From an uncultured virus (IMG/VR IMGVR_UViG_3300021399_000142) (lineage: Duplodnaviria > Heunggongvirae > Uroviricota > Caudoviricetes), in IMG/VR virus record IMGVR_UViG_3300021399_000142: a DNA stretch of 64,000 nt, one strand, 5' to 3'. Shown here piece by piece: positions 46,422 to 56,477 of this stretch. Below the pieces are notes generated by a model that searched no databases, was not told where the DNA came from, and saw nothing but the letters and a program-made list of their open reading frames with translations. How positions within the stretch are numbered: position 1 is the stretch's first letter; each line of letters starts with the position of its first letter. Position numbers and translations under genes: made by a program.

Positions 46422-49400
46422 TTATTTTTCGTGGATAAATTGACTAGCAATATTAGGAAGACTTAAAATAGCTTCTCTGATAGTTTGTACGTCATCCGCA
46501 TTAGGGAATTCCGCAGTAATATTAAATACATTACTTGTAGAATCATTGCCAGAAGTCTCGTACTGCTTACTAGAAAATCCTAAAGATTTTAGAACCATCT
46601 GAGCGAGAGAATCAGCAATAGTAGAACTAATTGAGTTATTCAAGCCAGTGATATTTTGTACAGTTCTAATTGTTTCTAACAAGTTTTGAGTGTCGTTAGC
46701 ATTTAATACTAATTCTTTTTCGTGTAGAATACCAATTCGACCTTCAGAACCCCATTCACCAGTGTATCCGCCTGTGTAGAATGCAGATGGCCCGTAGTTT
46801 CTATAGTAGTCATAATCGTGTTCCAATCCTCCATTGTAACCATAACCAGCCTCAAATTTAGCTTGAACAGCATTAAAGACTCTGTCGCCTTCCGCATCGC
46901 CGAATTTCTGTCTCATTATGGCATGACGTGTAGGATTATCACCCCACTCACCATATGTCCAAATATTACCAGCGATACCTTCAATGTCAGCATTTCCTAC
47001 AGAACCTATCTCATCACCAGAGCCGTCTCCTCCACCAGCACTTCCACTACTAGAGTCTCCGTCGTTAGAGCTATCTCCTGCAACCGAAACTGTAGCTCCG
47101 GTTGTAACTGCGATGTACTCTTGGAAACTATTTGTCGCTTCTCGGATTTTACTAATGACGCCATTCCAAGCATTTTCAACTTCATTTACAAACCCTCTTA
47201 ATACAGTAAGACTTGAAGTTGCTTTATTAGCCATATCTTCAGTCTTTTGTCCAACTGTATCAATCTCTTTACCAAGACTATTAAAGTCAGATGTCACTCC
47301 ACCTGCATCAGCAATTGTCTTGCCAGAAACCTCTTCAAGAGTTCGCAACTCTTTTTCAAAATTCTGAGTGTATTCAACGACACTGTTAAAGGCATCATTT
47401 AATCCTGCTTTAACGCTGTCACTGTCGCCATCCCACTGCGCTATCACGTCGGCCGCCGCAGTCTTAGAATTTAAATTAGTTTCTTTAAAAGTTTCTTCTG
47501 CTTTTAATCCAATCTCATCATAATTATTTTTGATTGCTTCTCTAATTTCTTCGTAGTCTGTTAAATGCTGTTCTTTCACTGCATCAACCAACTCTTTTTG
47601 AGTCTCTGTTAAAGATTCATAAGCTTCTTTATCTTGATCACAAACCTCTAAAAATACAGCGCCTGTTGCATAGATTGTTTCTTGCTCGTAAAGATTAGCA
47701 TTCTCCATTGCGGCAGTTATGTCAGGCATATATGTGTCACGAAGTTCTTGCATCTTAATATACTTTTCTTCTTCAGAAAGTGTTATATCTTCTGCTATTT
47801 CAGTTAACTTTTCTTTATACTCTTCGTAAGTATCCATTGACAATTCCATAGCGTGTTGATAGGCATTATCCGCAGTAGTATAAAGGTTGTTATAAGCATC
47901 AAGTAATTCTTGCTGCTTACTTAATACATCACTCTCATCTGCTACATATTGGTATGTCCAGTTACCACTCTCATCTCTATTCAACTTCATAGAAGTCTTA
48001 TTGTTCTGAGCATCTTCCAAAGCAATTTCTTTAAGAGCAATTTGATAACGAGCTTCCGCCAAATCAATATCATCTTGAGTTAAGTTCTCCTTTTCTCTTA
48101 GATAATTAATTTCGTCCTCTCTTAATGCCATCAATTTCTGTTGCGCTTTTAAACTTGAAGTCTCTGCAATGCTTGTGTCAATCTTGTTTGCTAAACTCTG
48201 AATTTGATATGCGCCTTCGACATCATCTAAATATTCATCCGCTTTGTTTTGGAGATAATCCCAATCCTCTTTTAAATCATCGAAATTCATACCCCAAAGT
48301 GCTTTATCCATATCTTCTAATGTCTTAGCTATGTTGTTAATATATTCATCACGTAGGTTTTCAATACCTTCGAGAACAAGGTCGTTTAATTTCTTTTGTG
48401 AGGAAATCATTTCTTCGTATGCTTTTTGCATATCTTCTGTCCAAGTAGACATATCATTGAGGTCAACATTATGAGCATCTTTATTCATTTGATACGCTTT
48501 ATTGAACTGGTCTTCCCAAAAGGCAGCTTGAGTACGAATAGACTGAATCTGTTCGTTTATATTCTTACTTTGAGCCTCGTAATATTCATTCATCAAGTCA
48601 TAAGCTTCATCACCATATATAAGTTCGATTAATTCTTTTTCATATTCAAGTCCATCTGTTATATGTTCAAACTCATCATTTATATTACTAAAGTGGTCAG
48701 CTGCTTGTTCTAATCCTTCAATATAATTATCCCAAACCTGCTGATACATTTGATTAAGGTTATTTCCAGCATCAACCAACTCATTTTGAAGTTTCTTAAG
48801 ATACTCTTGTGCCTCTGATATAGAACCAAACAAGAAATTGTCTCCAAGAGTAACTTCACCATTTGCGTTCTTTGAAGCTTCCATCTTATTAATTTCAGCC
48901 ATCACGTTTTGGACTTGTTTCATGCGGGTTTCCACATCATCAACATAAGTGTCCAAATTCTTAGTGTCAAACGCACTATCAATTGTCAAGTCTTTATATA
49001 GCTTTCTAAAGTCTTGTTCTATATCTTTTAAGAAATCGTTAAATTGTCTTTCAGCTTCTGTTGTATCTAACTTAAGTTGGATTTCAGTTTCCCAAGCCTG
49101 AAGATTATTCTCAATAATAGCTAATTGGTTTTCAAGCTGTTGTTGTCTTACTTCTGCGAGCTTATTTTCAGTTTCGTACATTTCGTTATAATAAAGGTCT
49201 TGATAACGCTTAAGAGCCTCGCTGTACGTTTTATAAGCCTCTTCCGCATCTTCAATCATCTGTTTGCCAGACTCTTCTTGTTGTTCAGCGGACATTGCAT
49301 TATAAGTTGCAATAGCTGCATTGTATCTATCTACATTCTCTTGGAATAATTGTGAATAGTTCTGAAGTTCATCACCATTCCAAATACCGCCAAGTTGACT

Positions 49401-52400
49401 CTGTAATTCAGCCAATTCTTGACTTTGAATCTCAAATAATTTTTTATAGTTTTCATATTGAGTATCTAACGCTTCGTTCTTCTGACTTAATAATTTATTT
49501 TCTTGTTTCAAGCTTGCAATTAAAGTTTCACCAGCGTAATGCTCCTGCATTGAATCAAGTCGTTGTTGAATTTGTTCATTTCGTTCAAGCTGTTGGTTAA
49601 CCTTAGAAATTGCATTGTTTACATCATAATAACGGTCAGCCTGGTCCTTAATAGGGTCTTTCTTATCTGGAGTTTTTGGGCTACCGCCGCTACCACTACC
49701 ACCACTGCTCTTTCCTGAAGATTTACCTCCCGCATTAGAAGAAGAATAGTTATTAGAAGACCCAGTAGCCTTCTTAGTGAGTTTATTGATTTTTGGAACT
49801 TTTCCATTCGTAGAGAAAGCCATTGCTTGTGCGGTTGCAGGGATAGGAACTTCCTGAGCGTCTACTATTTCCTCTTTCTCTGTCCAGGATTTAGCGCCTG
49901 TTTTGTCGTTTGTCTGTTCCTCACTAACAGTATGCTTTTTAGTATAAACAGTCTGAGTAGCAGATACATCTTGACCCTCTGAAGCAAAATTCGCTTCAAA
50001 TCCCATTGAATCAAATAAAGCGTTAATTTGGTCAGTGGTCATGCCTGTTGCGGCAATCATATCATTACAAGCCTTAAGGAAATCGCTATCATCAATTTCA
50101 AACCCTGGTTCAAGAGGACCCAATTCATCAAGTTCAGCTTGAAGATTCTGAACGTCCGCAAGAAGCTCTCCTCCGTTTAATTGATTATCAACTTCAATCC
50201 TTGCAACAATAGAATCAGTTAAAGCAGATTTTAATCGATCTATTGCTTCACCATCGCCATCTGCGGCAAGCGTAATGTCCTCTAAGTGTTCTTTAACGAA
50301 GTCGTCATCAATAAAATCTTTACTAACATCAAGCAAGTTAGCCATAGCTCCACGAGTGTCATCCATTGCCTTAGCATACTCTTCGCTAGACTTAGAACTC
50401 TCTTGTAAAATACCAGACCAATTTTCCCAATTACTAGCAAGGTCGTCAATACCGTCATTCATCTTCATAATGCCTTTAGCCACTATCTTAGCAGCGTCCT
50501 CAGACATACCATCTGCGAGGTCTTCCGCAGAATCGCTTATCTCTTGTAAATAATCTGCAAAATTACTAAGCTCTTCCGTATCTAAATCTTTAATATCTTC
50601 AACCGCATCAAGGTTAGTTGCAGCAGTGTTAAAAGCTTCTACTGAAATAGTTCCATCTTCATAAGCTTTTTTCAAATCTTTATAACTGTCATATGAAGAA
50701 GCTATTGCTAATTCTTGTTGAAGTATTGCTGCTTCATTATTAGAAATTGCTCCTGATAAATTATCATACTCACTAGATAATGCGGAAACATTATCAGCAA
50801 TCTCTTGCAATGTTTCAATATTATCAAAACTGCCTTTATTAATCTGCTCTTGCCATCCCGCAATCTTTTCATTAAGTTCATCTGATGCAGGACTAAGTGC
50901 TTTAATTAATTCAACTTGTTGATTAATGGTGTCAAAATCATACTCAATTTCATTATAATCATTTCGACTATTCGCAACTTTGGTTAATCTGTCATAATCA
51001 TATCCAGACACTTCTTTCATGTCATCTGTTTGACTACGGAGATTATCAATATTTGCTTTGGCATCTTCAATTAAACCATTTTGAACTGTTTCGTAAAACT
51101 TCTTTGCATCACCTGTTAATTTGTAAGTTCCATCTAATAATTGAGTAAAATATCCTTTCGCAGAATCACCTAACGCCTTATAGTCTTCAGCGCTAATTGT
51201 GTCTCCTTGTTTAAGCCCATCAATAATCTTATGAATAGATGCATAAGTTTTTGTAAGACTTTCCGCTTTATCTCCCGCAGTAGACATAGAATTAATCAAT
51301 TCTTTAAAGTCTATGTCTAAGTCTTCTGTTTTAATTCCTGCGTCTTCTAATGTATCAATTAATCCAGACTCATCAATAGAATTCCAATCAACTTTATCTA
51401 AATTTTTAGCTAAAGCTCCAAGCTGTTCACTGTCTGCGGCTTTCGCGAAAACCTTATTTAGAGCTGACATAGCCTCTTCCCCGCCATTAGCCATAGCCTT
51501 ATTAAGTGAATCTCCTAAAGCTTTTTGCTGAGCGAGAGACAACTCATCTGTATTTATCTTACCAAAAGCAGTCTTAACAGACTCTAACCAGTCAGAACCT
51601 AAATCATTAACTGCACTATCATAATCAGAAATACCTTGACTAAAAGCATCAACCATCTTTGTAGCTGATTCATAACCAAGAGCCTGTGCTTCTTCATCTG
51701 ATAAGGTGTTATCATCGCCACCAAATTTACCATTAAGATATGCAGAAGTGCCTCCCGCTTCATCAATAGCACCCTTAAGAGCATCAACCTCGCCTTTTGT
51801 AGAGTCTTCAAGATTACCGTGTGCAATCATATCTATAATTGCTTGATCATACGCCTGTCCGCTTTGACCTAATTCCACAAAAGTAGCGTTTAATTTTTCT
51901 GCGGATTTTCCTAATGCTTCTTCTGCATCAGCGACCGCCTTTACTTTCCTCATATTCTCAAGAGAAACAGTATGTTTTTCGCCATCAGCATCTTCATAGA
52001 CAAACGTACGATTACTATCCATACCCGCTGTATCAGTTAAGGTCGCGCCAGTTATATGTGCAGCTTCCGCATACTCAGCAAAAATCCGCTTAGCCTCGTT
52101 ATTTACGCCAGTTCTCTTATTAATACCTTCGGTGCCCCAGCCACTGTTTGTGAGCGCTATGTAAGCTTGGATCTTCAACGGGTCATACATATTTTCACCT
52201 GCAGACATAACATCTTTTGCATAATCAGATTTTTGAATCGTATCATTGTTAGATAAAACATTATCTACAATAGCTTGATTTTCTGTTTTTGTTGCTAAAG
52301 TGTTCTCATCAATTGCGGCAGATAAGTCGTTAATATCATCACTTGCTTTAATGACTGCCTTCTCCCAATCATCAATAACGTGACTATTTGTCACGCCGTA

Positions 52401-55400
52401 TTTTTCGAAAGCGTTAGATAGGACTTCTTTCATTTCAGCATCTGTTTTTCCTGCAAGCTCTGGTAAAACTCCTTTAATAGCCTCTCGAGCAAGAACATCT
52501 TGTACACTACTTACGTTAAGCGTGTTTCCTTTAGCTGACGTACTGATATTCTTTATAAGATTTTCCCTTTGTACTTTAATTTCTTTATTTCTTACTTCCT
52601 GGTCTCCAATAGCTGCTGCTCCTTGAGCAATGGTAACGGCCTTGTCTGCTTCGCTCTGCATAGCCTGACGACCTTTATCACTAATTTGAAGTTGTCCATC
52701 ATCAGTTCTTGTAACGTACTGAGCGAGTTGAGGATAAGTGTGCAGTAATTCAAGAACAGTATTATTAACATCCGTGAGAGCGGACTTCCACTCTTGAGTG
52801 CCTTTTGTACACTCATTAAGTTTGGTAACTACATTATCATAGTCATTAAAAGCAGATGTTAAATCAGTAGCAGCTTGTTTTGCTTCGTTTAATCCCTCAT
52901 GAAGTTGTTTAGCATTCTCTTTTGCAGCCTTTAATCGACCTTCAGGACTATTTGCTTTCGCCCACTGAATGGCTTTTACCACGCCTCCGATAGCCAAAGA
53001 GATGGCTGCTACAGCTCCAACAAGAGCTAAACTGGTAACGATAAAAGACTTTGTTGATAGGTTGAGTGCCACCATGCTACCAGTAGCATCTTTTGCCCCT
53101 AAACTCACTCCAAAAAGACTTCCTATGAATCCTTTATTAACCAAGTTTGCAATTACACCACTCGCATTAACTTTAATTTGTGCTGCATGAAGAGCGCGGT
53201 AAGACATAACCACCATAGGAATTACTGTTCCAAGGGCAGTTAAAGTACCTAATATTTGTTCGCCAAGATTTGCATCTTTTTCTGTCCAAATATCTGCTAA
53301 ACCTTTAATGGTGTTTATACTCATTGTTAAAGCTGATAAAGTCTGCGCAAGAGTTGTAACATACTCTCCTGTTGTCATCGCTTTTGTTTTAATCTTATCA
53401 AAAGCATCTTCTATCTGATCAGATTCTGCCCCTACTTTTCTTTCGGTCTCTGCAAATTTATATGCTGAATCTGTCGCATTATCAATAGATGAAGTCAAAT
53501 GGTTCATTATATCAGCAACAACTTCTTCCTTAAGCCCCGCTTCAGTTAAAGTAGTTTGTAACCTCTTAAATGCCTGTTCATCTAAGCCACCGGCTTCTCC
53601 CACTGTATTTAAGGCGCCGTCAAGTGTACGTAATGCTTCAGTGACTTGATCAATGTTCGCATTTCCTGATTTCAATGTGTCAAAAGCTTGCTTTATGTCG
53701 TCAGAAAACTCACCACTACTTGTATCTATTTTTTGGAATGCCTCAGATATTTCATTTAAACCAGAACCATCTTCTTTTTTTAGCGCTTCAAACGCTTCAT
53801 CTAAGGTATTTCTTAATTTATCAGCAATTTTATTCGTTTCTTCATATGCTTCAATAGCGCCATTAACGTTTTCTCTCTGTTTCTTAGTAGCTTTATTTAG
53901 CATTAGCTGAGTATCTACTCTGTCTTTTTCTTCTTCTGCTGCCTTCTCAGCTTCTTGATTTCGTTTAGCTAAATCAGCTAGTTCTTGTACTCTAGCTTCA
54001 TGCTGACTTAACATATATTCCGCAGTACGTCTCTCTATTTCAGACATATTTTCAGCATTTCTTAAATAAGCTTCTTGAGGGCCTGCTAAATCCTTATAAA
54101 CAGTGCCTAAATTACTATCTTGCGTCATTCTAGCAATAGAATTCATTGCCTGTTCGCGCATATTCTCTGCTACTTTTTGAGAATCTTGTAGATTATATAT
54201 AAACTTATCAATACCATCTGCTATGTCTTTTTTATATACTCTAGATATAACATTGCCAAGCATAGAAATGGCACCTTCTACGCCGCCAATTCCTTTGATA
54301 GCTTCACTTAGTCCTCCTAAGAAACCAGCAAGACCATCATTCATCTTAATGAAAAAATCATCATTAAGTAATTGAGCATAAAGTTCTTCAGAAGCGGCTT
54401 TAACGCGGTTTATAGCAGCTTCCCAAGACTCTTCGTAAGTATCTGCTTGCCTTTGTAAAGTACCTTCGGAATTATTAACAGTATTTAAGTTCTTTTGGAA
54501 GAAGTCCCAGTTATCCATCAACGCAACTAACTGTGAGTACTGGCGGACGCCCGCTACAGTCTGCGCCAAAGCAACCTGTTGATCTTTAGCTAAGGTTCCC
54601 CATTTAGAACCCATTTCGTCCAAAATGGAATCCATATCTTTCAATTCACCATTTTGGTCTTTGATACTAATACCAACAGCCTCAAGAGCTTGAGAGTATT
54701 TATTTAAATCTGTACCATCGTCAAGAGTTTCTCCTAAATTCAAGCCCTGAATACGAGCAAATAATGTTTTATATGCGGTACCAACAACATCTGCACTCTG
54801 ACGAGTTGTTGCAGTAACAGTAGCTAAAGCAGAAGCAGCGTATTCATATGAAAGACCTACTGTGTCAGCAATTGCAGCAAATTGATTTAAACCAGTTGCG
54901 ATTTCGTCTGTACTTGATGAAGTCGCTGCACCTAGTGCAGTCATCGCATCAGCATAATACTCTAGTGATTTAGAACCATCATAGAAGTTGTTCCATACCG
55001 CAGTCATCTGGTCTGCAACAGTTTCTGCAGATTCACGAGCTACATTCGCCATTTTAATAGTAGTATCTGTACGCTCTTTAACTTCTTCACCAGACAAACC
55101 TTGCTGATAATAAATTAATGATGCATTTGTATAATCTGTTGTGGTTGTACTTAAAGCCTTAGCAGCTTTATTAGCTTCGGATGCAAACTCTGTCATCTGG
55201 CCTACGCTTTGTCCTGTTACAATACGAATATTGTTTAATGACTCATTTAAATCTTGAGCATAACCATAAGCATGCTGTAAAGACCCCATAAAGCCATGTA
55301 TTATACTACTTGAAATTTGCCATCTTGCAGCATTTTTTAAAGTGGTGGCAAATTCTTTTAACATAGTATTAGATTGCTTTAAAGGAACTTCCGCCTTTAG

Positions 55401-55745
55401 AATACTATTTGCTAATGTACTAAAAGCCTGCTCTCCACTTGGACCAAGCTTTTGCAATTTAACTCTATAATCGTCCAAAGATACGCCTGCATCCTTAAAA
55501 GACTGGTTTAAAAGACCTAAATCTAATTTGCCAGTTTTAACATTAGTAGCTTGGTCTAAATGAGCTTTAAGGCTAGCTGCGGCTTGTGTTGCTTCTTGTA
55601 GCTCTTTGGTCATACCAAAAGCATCAGCTTTTTTTGTCGCGGTTTCCATAACCTTGGTCAATTGTTTTTGTAAATCATCTAATTGACTTTTTACCTTACT
55701 AGTATCTGCATTAAAGGCAAGATTTACATTTAATTGTTTAGCCAT
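46422..55745 (-). CDS. Tail tape measure protein (TP901-type core), 3107 aa
   Basis: Helical Ala-rich protein with TP901 core (LNNIRIVTG...VVGTAYKTLFARI...MDSILDEMGSKW), hydrophobic segments and C-terminal FYTGGYTG...GILHEKELVLN. Confidence 0.9.
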   Translation of the reverse strand: MAKQLNVNLAFNADTSKVKSQLDDLQKQLTKVMETATKKADAFGMTKELQEATQAAASLKAHLDQATNVKTGKLDLGLLNQSFKDAGVSLDDYRVKLQKLGPSGEQAFSTLANSILKAEVPLKQSNTMLKEFATTLKNAARWQISSSIIHGFMGSLQHAYGYAQDLNESLNNIRIVTGQSVGQMTEFASEANKAAKALSTTTTDYTNASLIYYQQGLSGEEVKERTDTTIKMANVARESAETVADQMTAVWNNFYDGSKSLEYYADAMTALGAATSSSTDEIATGLNQFAAIADTVGLSYEYAASALATVTATTRQSADVVGTAYKTLFARIQGLNLGETLDDGTDLNKYSQALEAVGISIKDQNGELKDMDSILDEMGSKWGTLAKDQQVALAQTVAGVRQYSQLVALMDNWDFFQKNLNTVNNSEGTLQRQADTYEESWEAAINRVKAASEELYAQLLNDDFFIKMNDGLAGFLGGLSEAIKGIGGVEGAISMLGNVISRVYKKDIADGIDKFIYNLQDSQKVAENMREQAMNSIARMTQDSNLGTVYKDLAGPQEAYLRNAENMSEIERRTAEYMLSQHEARVQELADLAKRNQEAEKAAEEEKDRVDTQLMLNKATKKQRENVNGAIEAYEETNKIADKLRNTLDEAFEALKKEDGSGLNEISEAFQKIDTSSGEFSDDIKQAFDTLKSGNANIDQVTEALRTLDGALNTVGEAGGLDEQAFKRLQTTLTEAGLKEEVVADIMNHLTSSIDNATDSAYKFAETERKVGAESDQIEDAFDKIKTKAMTTGEYVTTLAQTLSALTMSINTIKGLADIWTEKDANLGEQILGTLTALGTVIPMVVMSYRALHAAQIKVNASGVIANLVNKGFIGSLFGVSLGAKDATGSMVALNLSTKSFIVTSLALVGAVAAISLAIGGVVKAIQWAKANSPEGRLKAAKENAKQLHEGLNEAKQAATDLTSAFNDYDNVVTKLNECTKGTQEWKSALTDVNNTVLELLHTYPQLAQYVTRTDDGQLQISDKGRQAMQSEADKAVTIAQGAAAIGDQEVRNKEIKVQRENLIKNISTSAKGNTLNVSSVQDVLAREAIKGVLPELAGKTDAEMKEVLSNAFEKYGVTNSHVIDDWEKAVIKASDDINDLSAAIDENTLATKTENQAIVDNVLSNNDTIQKSDYAKDVMSAGENMYDPLKIQAYIALTNSGWGTEGINKRTGVNNEAKRIFAEYAEAAHITGATLTDTAGMDSNRTFVYEDADGEKHTVSLENMRKVKAVADAEEALGKSAEKLNATFVELGQSGQAYDQAIIDMIAHGNLEDSTKGEVDALKGAIDEAGGTSAYLNGKFGGDDNTLSDEEAQALGYESATKMVDAFSQGISDYDSAVNDLGSDWLESVKTAFGKINTDELSLAQQKALGDSLNKAMANGGEEAMSALNKVFAKAADSEQLGALAKNLDKVDWNSIDESGLIDTLEDAGIKTEDLDIDFKELINSMSTAGDKAESLTKTYASIHKIIDGLKQGDTISAEDYKALGDSAKGYFTQLLDGTYKLTGDAKKFYETVQNGLIEDAKANIDNLRSQTDDMKEVSGYDYDRLTKVANSRNDYNEIEYDFDTINQQVELIKALSPASDELNEKIAGWQEQINKGSFDNIETLQEIADNVSALSSEYDNLSGAISNNEAAILQQELAIASSYDSYKDLKKAYEDGTISVEAFNTAATNLDAVEDIKDLDTEELSNFADYLQEISDSAEDLADGMSEDAAKIVAKGIMKMNDGIDDLASNWENWSGILQESSKSSEEYAKAMDDTRGAMANLLDVSKDFIDDDFVKEHLEDITLAADGDGEAIDRLKSALTDSIVARIEVDNQLNGGELLADVQNLQAELDELGPLEPGFEIDDSDFLKACNDMIAATGMTTDQINALFDSMGFEANFASEGQDVSATQTVYTKKHTVSEEQTNDKTGAKSWTEKEEIVDAQEVPIPATAQAMAFSTNGKVPKINKLTKKATGSSNNYSSSNAGGKSSGKSSGGSGSGGSPKTPDKKDPIKDQADRYYDVNNAISKVNQQLERNEQIQQRLDSMQEHYAGETLIASLKQENKLLSQKNEALDTQYENYKKLFEIQSQELAELQSQLGGIWNGDELQNYSQLFQENVDRYNAAIATYNAMSAEQQEESGKQMIEDAEEAYKTYSEALKRYQDLYYNEMYETENKLAEVRQQQLENQLAIIENNLQAWETEIQLKLDTTEAERQFNDFLKDIEQDFRKLYKDLTIDSAFDTKNLDTYVDDVETRMKQVQNVMAEINKMEASKNANGEVTLGDNFLFGSISEAQEYLKKLQNELVDAGNNLNQMYQQVWDNYIEGLEQAADHFSNINDEFEHITDGLEYEKELIELIYGDEAYDLMNEYYEAQSKNINEQIQSIRTQAAFWEDQFNKAYQMNKDAHNVDLNDMSTWTEDMQKAYEEMISSQKKLNDLVLEGIENLRDEYINNIAKTLEDMDKALWGMNFDDLKEDWDYLQNKADEYLDDVEGAYQIQSLANKIDTSIAETSSLKAQQKLMALREDEINYLREKENLTQDDIDLAEARYQIALKEIALEDAQNNKTSMKLNRDESGNWTYQYVADESDVLSKQQELLDAYNNLYTTADNAYQHAMELSMDTYEEYKEKLTEIAEDITLSEEEKYIKMQELRDTYMPDITAAMENANLYEQETIYATGAVFLEVCDQDKEAYESLTETQKELVDAVKEQHLTDYEEIREAIKNNYDEIGLKAEETFKETNLNSKTAAADVIAQWDGDSDSVKAGLNDAFNSVVEYTQNFEKELRTLEEVSGKTIADAGGVTSDFNSLGKEIDTVGQKTEDMANKATSSLTVLRGFVNEVENAWNGVISKIREATNSFQEYIAVTTGATVSVAGDSSNDGDSSSGSAGGGDGSGDEIGSVGNADIEGIAGNIWTYGEWGDNPTRHAIMRQKFGDAEGDRVFNAVQAKFEAGYGYNGGLEHDYDYYRNYGPSAFYTGGYTGEWGSEGRIGILHEKELVLNANDTQNLLETIRTVQNITGLNNSISSTIADSLAQMVLKSLGFSSKQYETSGNDSTSNVFNITAEFPNADDVQTIREAILSLPNIASQFIHEK

Positions 55746-55840
55746 ATGCCCTATCTCCTTTTTCTCGTATTTTAAAAATAAAAAAATCGGCTAGAGTGAT
55801 ATAGTACTCTAGCCGTTTATCCTTTTCACTCTCTAAGATA

Positions 55841-55881
55841 ATTTTAAATTACCAAGAGAAAGATGAAATGTTTTTGTCCAG
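55841..55881 (-). promoter_or_regulatory. Putative phage late promoter motif upstream of the TMP
   Basis: CTGGACAA-N25-TTTAAAAT on the - strand. Confidence 0.5.
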
Positions 55882-55883
55882 AC

Positions 55884-56417
55884 TTAACCAAGCTTCTCAA
55901 CAATAGTCTTAAGTAGAGTTAAATTATCTGGATCTCCTATTTTCTTTTGTATCTCAGTCGCATCCAAGTCAAGGTTCTTATAATCAGTTGTCACATCTTC
56001 GATAATACCCTTAACAGAGTTGCAGTAAGTGTAGTAAGCATTGACAGTCTTTTCAATGCCATCTATTAAAAACTCATATTCAGTTTTAGGAATTGCAGAA
56101 ATTACCATATCCGCAAGGTCATACTTTTCTATTTCATCGTATAATGCTGCGGGGTCCGCCTTATCTTCTTCAGAGAACTCAATTCCTGGAGCATAGGCGT
56201 AGACAATTTCCAAAGTAGTATAAACATCCATCTGCACAGGATTAGCAAAATGATATTCGTTCTGAGCTACCTGCTGTAAAACTGCGGTAATTAATTTGAG
56301 TTTTTCATTAATAGAGAGATACTGTTTAACTTCAATCTCTTTATCATTAATTTTAATCACCTTAATCTTAAGGGGTTGTTCTTTTTTAAGGTCATTAAAA
56401 GCTATATTCTCTATCAT
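55884..56417 (-). CDS. Hypothetical protein upstream of the TMP (possible tail assembly chaperone)
   Basis: 177 aa, acidic, EIEVKQYLSINEK; AGGAGG RBS; synteny. Confidence 0.5.
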   Translation of the reverse strand: MIENIAFNDLKKEQPLKIKVIKINDKEIEVKQYLSINEKLKLITAVLQQVAQNEYHFANPVQMDVYTTLEIVYAYAPGIEFSEEDKADPAALYDEIEKYDLADMVISAIPKTEYEFLIDGIEKTVNAYYTYCNSVKGIIEDVTTDYKNLDLDATEIQKKIGDPDNLTLLKTIVEKLG

Positions 56418-56448
56418 AATAGTTCCTCCTTTTATCTCTATTATCTAT

Positions 56449-56477
56449 AGTATAACAAAAATTTTTCTAGTTGTCAA
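56449..56477 (-). promoter_or_regulatory. Near-consensus sigmaA promoter inside the structural module
   Basis: TTGACA-17 bp-TATACT with TG on the - strand. Confidence 0.75.

Noticed and set aside
55746..56417. Classical tail chaperone G/GT -1 frameshift
   Set aside because: No slippery heptamer near the 3' end and no second ORF before the TMP.
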